The position numbers and the translations under genes were made by a program. Under the pieces are notes generated by a model. That model saw only the letters and a program-made list of their open reading frames with translations. It searched no databases and was not told where the DNA came from. A stretch of DNA of 64,000 nucleotides from a bacterium (GTDB lineage Bacteria > Patescibacteriota > Minisyncoccia > Phycocordibacterales > Phycocordibacteraceae). Positions 9,300-17,967 of the stretch are shown here, one piece after another (position 1 is the first letter of the stretch; every line of letters starts with the position of its first letter). The stretch covers positions 32,312 to 96,311 of the forward strand of contig JAJZPB010000001.1 of the NCBI GenBank assembly GCA_021811365.1, given 5' to 3'.

Positions 9300-10526
9300 T
9301 CACTTCATGCGGTTGAGTAACGCAGCTTTTGCAGCAAGTTCTCTTTCGTACTGACTTGCATGCCGGTGCGCCAGTTCTCCAGCCGCCGTCGTGTAGTCGT
9401 CGAGGAGCGCTTGCAGGCGTAACGAGAGCTGAGGGTCCCCTTTGCCGACTTTCCTGAGAAGATACCGGATGAAGTCGCATTTATCGTGCCTATTTATGTC
9501 ATCCGGATTGATCCTCACGAACTCGCGAGTGCCAAGCGCTTGCCGAATTATGGCAAACCGCAACGGACGCAGGTCAGGCGTCCCGAAGGTGGTGTCGAGA
9601 AGACGACGCGCTACTCCGTACAGCGTGCCCCGGCTCCTGTTCTCCTGGAGCCAGTTTTTGTCCCCGAGTTCTGCCGCGTGTTCCAAAGTGAACGCGGCTT
9701 GTGTCGCAAGGAGTTCCCGGCTATAGGGCAGGTTCTCCATGCGCGCACACTCCACAACGCGCTTGAAGTAGAAGACGTATGGGGAAGACTGAAGAGGGCG
9801 GGATGCCGTCTCCCTCTGCAGAACCTCCTGGCGCATGAGCGCGTTGCCCCTTTGCTTCCATTCTTCCGGCACAGCTGCGGTCAACAGGAGTGCAAAGGAT
9901 TGGTACACGTACATGTAGCCATTTGCGCCGTCCACAGGAACTGTTGCTTCGAGATGAAGACTCTTGAAGAGACGCTCCAGCTGCTGCCCGTCCTCCCTGT
10001 ATAGCTCCATGAGGAAGATGATCCACGTGTTGTAGACGAAGATGTGGCCATTACGGTGATCGTGCGCGGACAGGTCCGAGCAAGGGGCTTCAGCAAGGAT
10101 CTTGGCGCTGTACACCAAAAGATCCGTCAGAAAGGCACGCAGATGGGGGGTGAGCGCCTCAGCAACGCGTTCCCGATGTTCCGGCACGAGATCCCCAAAG
10201 CAGGTGTGACTCCAAAGACCGGAGTAAACCCAGTGCCCGCACAGAGGTCGGAGGGACCGCTTACCGAATGGGTAATAACTGTCACCTCCGTACCCATAGA
10301 ACGGCACTAAGCTCTGCGCTAGGCCTCGGGCCTTGAAGGCCGGGTTGATGTCAGGGTTTTCGAGCAAGCTGTAGAGGCGATCGTCAACCCCGAGGTACTC
10401 TTCGAACAGAGCGTTCCCCGTCCTTTCAGCTTCTTCCGTCAGGCCGAAGTGGAATCGCAGCAGTTTGCGCACCGCATTGCGATAGCGCAGGGCATTGCGT
10501 TGTTCAGTTGTCTGAGCAAAAGCCAC
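9300..10526 (-). CDS. hypothetical protein (408 aa)
   Basis: Long ORF, AAGGAG RBS, upstream TTGACA. Confidence 0.75.
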   Translation of the reverse strand: MAFAQTTEQRNALRYRNAVRKLLRFHFGLTEEAERTGNALFEEYLGVDDRLYSLLENPDINPAFKARGLAQSLVPFYGYGGDSYYPFGKRSLRPLCGHWVYSGLWSHTCFGDLVPEHRERVAEALTPHLRAFLTDLLVYSAKILAEAPCSDLSAHDHRNGHIFVYNTWIIFLMELYREDGQQLERLFKSLHLEATVPVDGANGYMYVYQSFALLLTAAVPEEWKQRGNALMRQEVLQRETASRPLQSSPYVFYFKRVVECARMENLPYSRELLATQAAFTLEHAAELGDKNWLQENRSRGTLYGVARRLLDTTFGTPDLRPLRFAIIRQALGTREFVRINPDDINRHDKCDFIRYLLRKVGKGDPQLSLRLQALLDDYTTAAGELAHRHASQYERELAAKAALLNRMK

Positions 10527-10840
10527 AGCACGACTCCTTTGTGTTGTTGTGAAAGGATCTGGGCGGCCTTTTTATGGTAAGTATACGGCCACTTTGGTCC
10601 GGTCAAATTAGTACCAAAAAATACGAAATTGTCAATTAGGCGTATTGGTTCACCTATTCGCGCGCTCCCCTGGGGAGCAGGACCTACTCAGGCAGGGAAG
10701 TGGGAGTATATTAAAGTTCTTTTGCTCCGCATGTAGGTCATTGTTCTAACCTAGATTTAGAGGCAAGAAAGGGTATTTCTAAGCATCAATGGCTCTTATC
10801 TATTTGTTCCAATCATCACGAAAACTGCTACGATGAAAGT

Positions 10841-11350
10841 ATGGGAAAGAAGAACAATTCAGAACATAATCCACTCAAAGAAGCATATGCGCTTTTGCAA
10901 GTATCTTCCTCGAGCGAGCTAGCTCGCGAGTTTATTAAAGAAGACCAAAGGCTCTTAAAAGCACAAATCTGGGATTACAAAAAGTCAGGACTTGTTTTAA
11001 ATATAGTTAAAGAAATAGTTGAATCTGCCATTGATAATGAGTTTACAACACGTGATAAGGACAGTGAGGATGTTTTAAAAACCATTTTATGGTTTTGGTA
11101 CCATCATGCTATCGGATATGCAATCTGGGGTTATAAAGATAAGGCGGAAGCGCTCGAGTTTTCTTCAAAGGCGCTCAAGTACCAGACTTCTGATAATCCA
11201 AATAAAATCACGCGTTTACTCTACCTCTTGGTTCGCGACGAAGAGAAAGACGCGGCTCTTTGGTTGGAAACTATCGTCAATGAACCAGATAAAACTGCTT
11301 CTCACGGAATAATGAAAGAGTATTTGGATGGAAATTTCTTCAAACCCTGA
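10841..11350 (+). CDS. hypothetical helical protein
   Basis: AT-rich ORF directly after the repeat at 10724. Confidence 0.7.
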   Translation: MGKKNNSEHNPLKEAYALLQVSSSSELAREFIKEDQRLLKAQIWDYKKSGLVLNIVKEIVESAIDNEFTTRDKDSEDVLKTILWFWYHHAIGYAIWGYKDKAEALEFSSKALKYQTSDNPNKITRLLYLLVRDEEKDAALWLETIVNEPDKTASHGIMKEYLDGNFFKP

Positions 11351-11466
11351 GTTCAATAAGTAAACGCAACACTTCCGCTAATCTAGTTGATATTTCTTAT
11401 TATAACATATAGTATCCCTTTTGGATGGAGGGCCCTCTGTCTATGTAGTGTAAAAGGAGATTGACA

Positions 11467-11655
11467 GTGGCTAAATCGAACGCTTTAAGGAAGGTGGATG
11501 TCTCAGCTACCGCTCCGCTCATGTTGCGGCGCGTTACTACAAAACCACTAACGATTATTCCCATGATGAACATGACTGTCGTTTCATCGCCTGGCAGACT
11601 TCCTGAAATGAGTGATCAGGTGGGTGACACGACTGCACCAAGGCACGATCGGTAA
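11467..11655 (+). CDS. putative graspetide precursor peptide
   Basis: AAAGGAGA RBS then GTG; leader-like PLMLRR; C-terminal TVVSSPGRLPEMSDQVGDTT; adjacent to an ATP-grasp ligase. Confidence 0.6.
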   Translation: MAKSNALRKVDVSATAPLMLRRVTTKPLTIIPMMNMTVVSSPGRLPEMSDQVGDTTAPRHDR

Positions 11656-11671
11656 GTTCGAATAAGTAGAA

Positions 11672-11703
11672 ATAAGGCCGGAGCAGTGATGCTCCGGCCT
11701 TAT
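11672..11703. terminator. bidirectional terminator hairpin
   Basis: ataaggccggagca-gtga-tgctccggccttat between convergent genes. Confidence 0.75.
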
Positions 11704-11726
11704 ATATTTGCTCAAAACTACAGATT

Positions 11727-12719
11727 TCAAAGCGACTTGAGCATGCTTGCGACAGCTTGCGGAATCGATAATTCTGCGTAGTGTTCAATCCACCCCCATT
11801 GCCCGCAAGGGTTTACTTCAAGAAAGACGTATTCTCCATTGGGCATTTCTATGAGATCAATTGCGCCGTAGTTTAATTCAATTTTCCGCATGAAGCGAAG
11901 TAAGTGCTTCTGAACTATAATTGGGAGTTCGACACGAATGTGTTCAACATTGTCGAAGTCGTAGTGACGCCAATCAGTCCTTGTCATTGAACTTGCTTGA
12001 GAGTCAATCCGACATGCCAAGACCTGATTGCCTATTACCATAACCCTGTACTCGTAACGTTTCTCAACGTATTGTTGCGCAAAGAGAGGACATGCTTGTA
12101 TTGCGTCTGGGCTGTTGAGTAACTCCTCATGCGAGAATCGCTCGGAATACAAGAAGTCATTACCAGCCGCGTCCAATTTCATATAGCCAAGCGTTTTTAG
12201 AAGAAGGCCATTTTCTTTTGTGGAAAAGGCCATAACACTTTCTGGATCATTGCTGATGATGGTTTGCGGAGTCTTGAGCCCGCAGCGTTGCGCAATTTGC
12301 TGCTGATACAATTTGTTACTGGAAACGCGGACGATGCTTTCTTTCCGGTTAACCCATTTGCAATCAAGAACAGATACGAACGATAGAAATGCACATCGCG
12401 ATTCATTTTCCGCAAAACGTATTTCCAAGGACGCATCAGCCTCTCGCGCATCATCACTGCTCTCGCGTATATACCACGCAACATCGATGTCTCGGATCTG
12501 AAGACGAGCTTCCACAAGTTCTTGCTCGACATATTTCAGCACATCGATGAACCCAAGAACAGAACCGGAATCATCAAGTGCCATATGTATAACGGCCTGA
12601 TCGAGGATTCGACCCGGGTCAAAGACATAGACACACAGACCTACTTCTATGCATGGAGCAACGAAGGCGTCGTAGTAATAACGCTCACTGAGGCTAGCTA
12701 CAAACAGAACATTTTTCAC
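11727..12719 (-). CDS. MvdC/MvdD-family ATP-grasp peptide maturase
   Basis: NKLYQQQIAQRCGLKTPQTIISND, QQYVEKRYEYRV, IDSQ...TDWR, FLEVNPCGQWGWIE. Start set at the GTG after GGGAG. Confidence 0.85.
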   Translation of the reverse strand: MKNVLFVASLSERYYYDAFVAPCIEVGLCVYVFDPGRILDQAVIHMALDDSGSVLGFIDVLKYVEQELVEARLQIRDIDVAWYIRESSDDAREADASLEIRFAENESRCAFLSFVSVLDCKWVNRKESIVRVSSNKLYQQQIAQRCGLKTPQTIISNDPESVMAFSTKENGLLLKTLGYMKLDAAGNDFLYSERFSHEELLNSPDAIQACPLFAQQYVEKRYEYRVMVIGNQVLACRIDSQASSMTRTDWRHYDFDNVEHIRVELPIIVQKHLLRFMRKIELNYGAIDLIEMPNGEYVFLEVNPCGQWGWIEHYAELSIPQAVASMLKSL

Positions 12720-12960
12720 GAGCGTTCTCCCTTTCATGGATCGATGAATCGTCCAAAGAAAAGGATACAACGAATCTAATGTTTTTCAATAGTTCATAGC
12801 TGACGACTTTGAAACTATTAACTGGGCTAAGGAGTATCCCGCGCCGGACTTCACGATACAGCAAATCAAGGCGGGTTCCGGCCGACATTGGTGGAGCGGA
12901 CGCCGCACGCATCGAGGAGATCAAAGGCACCCCCTCAATCTGATTGTGGGAGTGGCCGAA

Positions 12961-13197
12961 GTATTCCGTAGTGGCAATATAGAGGAGAAAAAGGAGGCTC
13001 TTCCAGAGCCCGGTTAGAACCTAGAACTCAAAGGCAAAAAACTCAGTGTTTCCACCAAGAAAGACCTTGAGGTGACTTCAAAAAGCTTTCTTGCGGTACG
13101 TGCGTAAAATCCGGTGTTTGAACCTAGAAATTGTGAGGCAGATAAAGACGAAACGGAGGCTTTCGCCTCCGTTCGTCCAGTCTTGCTCCGCATGTAG
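12961..13197 (+). pseudogene. C-terminal remnant of a second large serine recombinase
   Basis: VFRSGNIEEKKEAL..*NLELKGKKLSV...*NPVFEPRN...ETEAFASVRPVLLRM* with two internal stops, terminating inside the repeat at 13185. Family assignment is from recall. Confidence 0.55.
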
Positions 13198-13327
13198 GTC
13201 ATTACTCTAACCTAAGGACGCGAGGAAGAATAAGGGTATTTCAGAGTCTTCGAGCCACGGGTCGGCCTGTTGAGACACTCGCGCCCCAGAGGACCACAGC
13301 AGGCCACAAGAGAGGTATGATGGGAGC

Positions 13328-14044
13328 ATGTCTCCAGACGAGATCGGGAAAGCGGCAATCGACTTTGCCAAGAAAAACAAGAATAAGATCGCCAATGAGC
13401 TCACCGACCTCAGCCGCTTCGTACCGGATGATCATCCGATTTCTGTGTTTATGGCGGGGTCACCGGGTGCGGGTAAGACCGAGTTCTCAAAGGAACTTCT
13501 CGGCATATTGGAGGCAGATGACCAACGTAAGGTGGTGCGTATTGATGGCGATGATATACGCGAGCGTATGCCGGGGTATGTCGGCAACAATTCGGCCTTG
13601 TTTCAAGGCGCAATTTCCATAGTAGTTGAGAAGATTCACGACCTCGTACTCGACAAGAAACAGAGCTTTATTCTCGATGGAACGTTCTCGAAATACGATA
13701 AGGCCGCGGACAACATTCGGCGTTCATTGCGCAAGAACCGAATCGTCTTTATTTTCTACGTCTACCAAACGCCCCATACCGCGTGGCGGTTTACTCAAGC
13801 CCGCGAGCGCCTCGAGGGGAGAAACATACCAAAGTCTGCCTTTATCGAGCAGTTCTGCGGGGCTAAGGAAACAGTCGAGCGGCTACATCGAGAGTTCACG
13901 GATAAAATAGTACTCTTCTTGGTGAAGAAAGACTTCAGTACGAGCGCAACTGAGGAGGTGGTAAAAATGATTGATCCAGCCACGTCGATTGACTCATATA
14001 TCGGCGAGCGATACACTAAAGAAGAACTTGAGAAATCACTATGA
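13328..14044 (+). CDS. zeta toxin family P-loop kinase
   Basis: AGSPGAGKT, IDGDDIR, ILDGT, RLEGR. Confidence 0.85.
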   Translation: MSPDEIGKAAIDFAKKNKNKIANELTDLSRFVPDDHPISVFMAGSPGAGKTEFSKELLGILEADDQRKVVRIDGDDIRERMPGYVGNNSALFQGAISIVVEKIHDLVLDKKQSFILDGTFSKYDKAADNIRRSLRKNRIVFIFYVYQTPHTAWRFTQARERLEGRNIPKSAFIEQFCGAKETVERLHREFTDKIVLFLVKKDFSTSATEEVVKMIDPATSIDSYIGERYTKEELEKSL

Positions 14045-14253
14045 AATGGCTTACAAAAATACTACGAAATGACGAACCTGAGGCGACAACTGTCGCTCGC
14101 ACGCCGTACATGAGCGAGTATAACGGCCTTTCGGATTTTCTTCGCAATGCTCCACAGCAAGAAAAGATTGATGTTTTTACAGAAGCTGCAAAACGTGCAA
14201 GCGAAGATCAAAGACGAACGCTTGAGAGGGCCAGAGTTCTGCACTCCAGCTAA
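14041..14253 (+). CDS. small protein coupled to the zeta toxin gene
   Basis: ATGA overlap with the zeta gene; followed by a hairpin at ~14258-14289. Confidence 0.65.
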   Translation: MKWLTKILRNDEPEATTVARTPYMSEYNGLSDFLRNAPQQEKIDVFTEAAKRASEDQRRTLERARVLHSS

Positions 14254-14335
14254 AAACTAAAGAGCGTCACCCTCGGGTGACGCTCTTTAGTGTGCCTGTC
14301 TCCAGGCGTAACATACATTGCCCAGTATAGGCTAG

Positions 14336-14407
14336 CTCCGCGGGTAGGATTCGAACCTACGACCAATCGATTAACAGTCGACCGCTCTACCACTGAGCTA
14401 CCGCGGA
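14336..14407 (-). tRNA. tRNA-Asn(GTT)
   Basis: TCCGCGG acceptor stem, anticodon loop CT-GTT-AA, GGTTCGAATCC T-loop; no encoded CCA. Confidence 0.97.
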
Positions 14408-14531
14408 ATGCGTCTTTGCCAACAAGAGAATGCAAGAGGCCCTTCTCGGCACGCCTCTCAAAGAGGCATGGGCATTGTAGCGGAAAAAGTTAGCAACGCA
14501 AAGGGCGGAAAAGGTTTGGTATAGTGCGCGT

Positions 14532-14774
14532 GTGTATAGGCTTTTTTATCGTCCTACCTGTCCGTACTGTCTGAAAGTGCTTCGCGCCAGCTGTGATCTT
14601 GGAGTCGAGCTAGACCTCCACGATATCGCGGAGGAACCAAACCGCGCGGCACTTATAGAGCGCGGTGGAAAACAGCAGGTACCTTTTTTCGTTGACGAGG
14701 AGAAAGGCATCGCGATGTACGAGTCGGATGATATCGTTGCGTATCTCGAAAGCGCTAAGAAGCTTTCAGCCTAA
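14532..14774 (+). CDS. glutaredoxin / GST N-terminal domain protein
   Basis: CPYC, GGKQQVP, MYESDDI. Confidence 0.85.
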   Translation: MYRLFYRPTCPYCLKVLRASCDLGVELDLHDIAEEPNRAALIERGGKQQVPFFVDEEKGIAMYESDDIVAYLESAKKLSA

Positions 14775-14776
14775 GT

Positions 14777-15007
14777 ATGTATGTAAAAGTGTTCGTGGTA
14801 GCTGACGCAAAGCGAGAATCGGTTACGATGCGGGGCAATGCTTTTGAAATAACTGTGCGCGAACCGGCGCAGCAGAACAGAGCAAACACTCGAGTGCGCG
14901 AGATTATCGCGGCACATTTTGTTGTCCCGCTTGCTCAAGTGAGGATCATAAGCGGATATCATACAGGAGCAAAAATGCTCTCATTGCCGGACGCCGAGCA
15001 GAAATGA
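14777..15007 (+). CDS. DUF167 (YggU-like) protein
   Basis: VREPAQQNRAN, VRIISG..K. Confidence 0.8.
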   Translation: MYVKVFVVADAKRESVTMRGNAFEITVREPAQQNRANTRVREIIAAHFVVPLAQVRIISGYHTGAKMLSLPDAEQK

Positions 15008-15045
15008 AATACGCCCGCGGCTGTGCCGCGGGCGTATTTCATTTT

Positions 15046-15597
15046 TTACGAACGCAGGCTCTTGAGGTAGGCGAGCATGGTGTCCGCATCAGAGACCTCG
15101 AACGGGTCATCCGATGCATTGTCGGCAAGGCCAGGCTCGATGAAAAGCTTCTTAATTTTGCCATCTTCGACGTACATCGAGTATCGCCAGGAACGGTCGC
15201 CGAAACCAAGATTCTCCTTCTTCACGAGCATGCCCATGCCTCGGGTGAAGTCCGCGTTGCCGTCCGGAAGCATTTTCACCTTCGACACGCCAAGTTTATC
15301 CGCCCACTGTTTCATCACGAAAGCGTCATTGACCGCGATGCAGTATAGGTCGTCGATGCCGAGAGATCTAAATTCATCGTAGTGCCTCTCGTATCCGGGA
15401 AGGTGGGTAGAGGAACAGGTGGGGGTAAATGCGCCGGGGAGTCCAAATACGACAACTTTTCTACCATCGAAAATTTCACTCGCGGATACGTCCTGCCAAC
15501 GGTACGGATTCTCGCCGCCGACCGATTCGTCGCGCACGCGCGTTTTAAACACGACGGATGGAACTTGCGCGCCTTCTGTTGTTGGTTTTTGCGCCAT
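15046..15597 (-). CDS. peroxiredoxin (Prx5 type)
   Basis: LPGAFTPTCSSTHLPG, VNDAFVM, RSWRYSM. Confidence 0.93.
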   Translation of the reverse strand: MAQKPTTEGAQVPSVVFKTRVRDESVGGENPYRWQDVSASEIFDGRKVVVFGLPGAFTPTCSSTHLPGYERHYDEFRSLGIDDLYCIAVNDAFVMKQWADKLGVSKVKMLPDGNADFTRGMGMLVKKENLGFGDRSWRYSMYVEDGKIKKLFIEPGLADNASDDPFEVSDADTMLAYLKSLRS

Positions 15598-15665
15598 ATA
15601 TACTGTATGACAGGTTACTACTAGTAGAGGGAGTATACACTAATGGCCTAATCCGCAGCATTCCT

Positions 15666-16031
15666 ATGAATATCTCCTTTAACACAACGCAATTTGCCGA
15701 TATATCAGAAACGTCGCGCATAGCGGTGGAAGTCAAACTGCGCCCGATTGAACGGCTACTCGCGAGCGATAAGGACGTCGCGCTGCTTGACGTGGAGCTT
15801 GCGCATGCGCCACCGGAGGGTCGTTCTGCAACCCCAGTGCGGCTTACGGCAACGCTCCAGTTCAAAAACTACGTACTGCACGCAGAAGCAGTGAAGCCGA
15901 CGCCAGAGAGCGCCGCCGACCGCGTGCGTTCGGCGCTCGAGCAGGAGATACGCAGAGTACGGGGGAAAAAGCGCGGACTAGTGAAGCGCGGTGCGGCGCA
16001 GCTGAAAAAGATGCTGCGGTTCGGGGCGTGA
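15666..16031 (+). CDS. ribosome hibernation factor HPF/RaiA-like
   Basis: Size and pattern (KL..IE, HAEA...AAD...LEQEIRR) fit the S30AE family. Confidence 0.6.
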   Translation: MNISFNTTQFADISETSRIAVEVKLRPIERLLASDKDVALLDVELAHAPPEGRSATPVRLTATLQFKNYVLHAEAVKPTPESAADRVRSALEQEIRRVRGKKRGLVKRGAAQLKKMLRFGA

Positions 16032-16046
16032 ACAAGAGCGCGGCGC

Positions 16047-16919
16047 CTACGGCGCCGCGCTCTTTTTGGCAAACTCTGAGTATGTCATTTCTCTTTTCCC
16101 CTCGGGGATGACGCGCTCAATAACGAATGCGCCGTTTACCAGCACTGCCTTCGTAATTTTTACGCGGCTGCCATGCGGGGTGAAAAAATGCGTGCCAATG
16201 GTATCCGTATACGCGCGGTACTTGTTCCAGTTCTCCTCACCGGGAGCAGAGAGGTCAAGTTGTCCGTCTTCCTTTTTAAACTTACGCGCACGCGTTGCTT
16301 CTGACTCGTCTTGTGCAGTCGGCGTGCACAGTCCCTCTTCAAATGCGGGGAGCGTTTCGATAAGCAGTTTTGCGCCCGCCTCGATGAGCCGCGGACGCAG
16401 TTCCCGTGCCGTTTCGCCGGGAGTGATGGCGAGCGTTTCTTGCGCGAGTATATCGCCTGCGTCAAGCTTCCGAACCATTTTTTGAATAGTTACGCCTGTC
16501 TCACGTTCTCCGTTAAGAAGCGCTGTTTCCATCGGCGTCGCGCCGCGATACTTCGGGAGCAGGGAGTAGTGGACGTTGAGTACGCCAAGGGGGAACGCAG
16601 CAATGAGCTCCTCCGGGAAGATTTTTCCGTACGCAACGACGACTGCGTACGAGGCGCCAAACGCGGCAATGGACGCTTGTGCAGCTGAGTCAAGTTCGGG
16701 CGGCGTTAGCACAGGGATGCCGCGCTCCTCCGCAAGCCGCCTGACCGGAGAAGGCTGCAGTTCAAGGCCGCGTCCTTGTGGCGCGTCAGGGTTGGTGATG
16801 ACTACTCTCGGCGTAAAGTCTGCCTCAAGCAATGCCTCAAGCGTATGAGCGGCAACCGAGGGAGTGCCAAAGAACACAAATGGCTTACACAGTTGCGTCA
16901 TGGTTCGGCGAGGTTTCAA
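16047..16919 (-). CDS. fmt: methionyl-tRNA formyltransferase
   Basis: FFGTP, NVHYSLLPKYRGATP, LDAGDI. Confidence 0.95.
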   Translation of the reverse strand: MKPRRTMTQLCKPFVFFGTPSVAAHTLEALLEADFTPRVVITNPDAPQGRGLELQPSPVRRLAEERGIPVLTPPELDSAAQASIAAFGASYAVVVAYGKIFPEELIAAFPLGVLNVHYSLLPKYRGATPMETALLNGERETGVTIQKMVRKLDAGDILAQETLAITPGETARELRPRLIEAGAKLLIETLPAFEEGLCTPTAQDESEATRARKFKKEDGQLDLSAPGEENWNKYRAYTDTIGTHFFTPHGSRVKITKAVLVNGAFVIERVIPEGKREMTYSEFAKKSAAP

Positions 16920-17430
16920 TCAGGTGGTCGGCGTGGTCGATAAAAAGTATGCCGTTTAGGTGATCAGTTTCGTGTTCAAATATCTGGGCGAGGAGCCCTC
17001 CTCCGCCACGCTCAAAACGCGTGCCGTTAGGGTGCCGCGCGCGCACGGTAACGCGCTCGTGGCGCCGCGTGGTGCCGTACACGCCGCGAACCGAGAGACA
17101 CCCTTCCTCCATTTCAGCTCGACGGCGCGAGGTTTTGACGATTTCTGGATTGATATAAACGTCCACCTGTGGCCCGGGTGCCGGCAGCGCGTCCGGCTCG
17201 TTTTCATCGTGAGGAGGTGCCGGAAGGGTGCGGTCGACGCGCACGATGAAAATGCGATAGGGAACAGCGATTTGCGGTGCGGCAAGTGCAACCCCGTCCG
17301 GCTCGCGGTTGAGCGCCTCAGCCATGTCCTGCAGAATAGACATAAGCTTCTGAGACCCGAAAAGGTTTTCGGGTACTGGCACGGCGATTTCGCGCAATAC
17401 GGGCGCATCCTCTTGCACGATGGTCTTCAT
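16885..17430 (-). CDS. def: peptide deformylase
   Basis: GVALAAPQI, EGCLSV, HETDHLNG. Confidence 0.96.
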   Translation of the reverse strand: MKTIVQEDAPVLREIAVPVPENLFGSQKLMSILQDMAEALNREPDGVALAAPQIAVPYRIFIVRVDRTLPAPPHDENEPDALPAPGPQVDVYINPEIVKTSRRRAEMEEGCLSVRGVYGTTRRHERVTVRARHPNGTRFERGGGGLLAQIFEHETDHLNGILFIDHADHLIETSPNHDATV

Positions 17431-17602
17431 ATGGCAAAAAATAACAGAAAACGCATCGGATTCCTACCGATGCGTGAGAAAGGGCGTCTGAAGAGGGTGC
17501 CGGCTGGCGCGTTTGCGCGGTGTCCCGGGGAGGGGTAGCGCGCCAGCCGGCGCAGCTTGTCTCAAGGGTGAGCAGCAAACTGCACGTGCATTCTACCACA
17601 AT

Positions 17603-17944
17603 TCAAAAAGGCTGGTCGTTTTCTTTAAGATGCTTCTTGGGGTCGACCTCCCACCAAAATTTCTTGCTGAAATGTTTAGCCTTTGAGCAGACGCTCTGGA
17701 GGTAGTACAGGTCTTCGGTAGGGATGCCTTCAAGGATTTTACCCATGCGCGGCATGCTGATGGCGGCATGCCCGTCTTTTGCGCGTGCGAAGTTGAGGTG
17801 CCGACAGAAAAAGCGCATAAGTTCGCCGCGTTCGGTGAGTCGGTTGCGGCCTTTGGGTGCTTGCGCTCGCCGCCGCTCAAGCTCTTCCTGCAGTTTCTTT
17901 GCGCGATCGCCGATGGACTCCATAGTGCTAGTATAGCGGACCAC
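17603..17944 (-). CDS. conserved hypothetical protein
   Basis: TERGEL...DLYYL..C..A..FSKKFWW; directly downstream of murA. Confidence 0.65.
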   Translation of the reverse strand: MVRYTSTMESIGDRAKKLQEELERRRAQAPKGRNRLTERGELMRFFCRHLNFARAKDGHAAISMPRMGKILEGIPTEDLYYLQSVCSKAKHFSKKFWWEVDPKKHLKENDQPF

Positions 17945-17967
17945 CGCTCGAACCGAACTCGGCTCAG

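Larger units (their letters stand above)
1341..13212 (+). repeat. dispersed 28-bp degenerate direct repeats resembling the tRNA-Asn 3' end (att-like sites)
   Basis: Copies at 1341, 3425, 4294, 5309, 5791, 6443, 6917, 9199, 10724, 12789 and 13185, pattern gctcc(c/g)c-N3-N6-N3-NNNNNaac(c/t). Compare gctccgcgggtaggattcgaacc at 14335-14357. Confidence 0.75.

Noticed and set aside
11372-11407. Possible extra repeat copy (..atatttcttattataaca) before the graspetide precursor
   Set aside because: Only the right half resembles type C, which is too weak to count.
1341-13212. CRISPR array or classical integron interpretation of the repeats
   Set aside because: Spacing is 0.4-2.3 kb and irregular, the repeats are degenerate and not attC-like palindromes, and no cas or intI gene is present.
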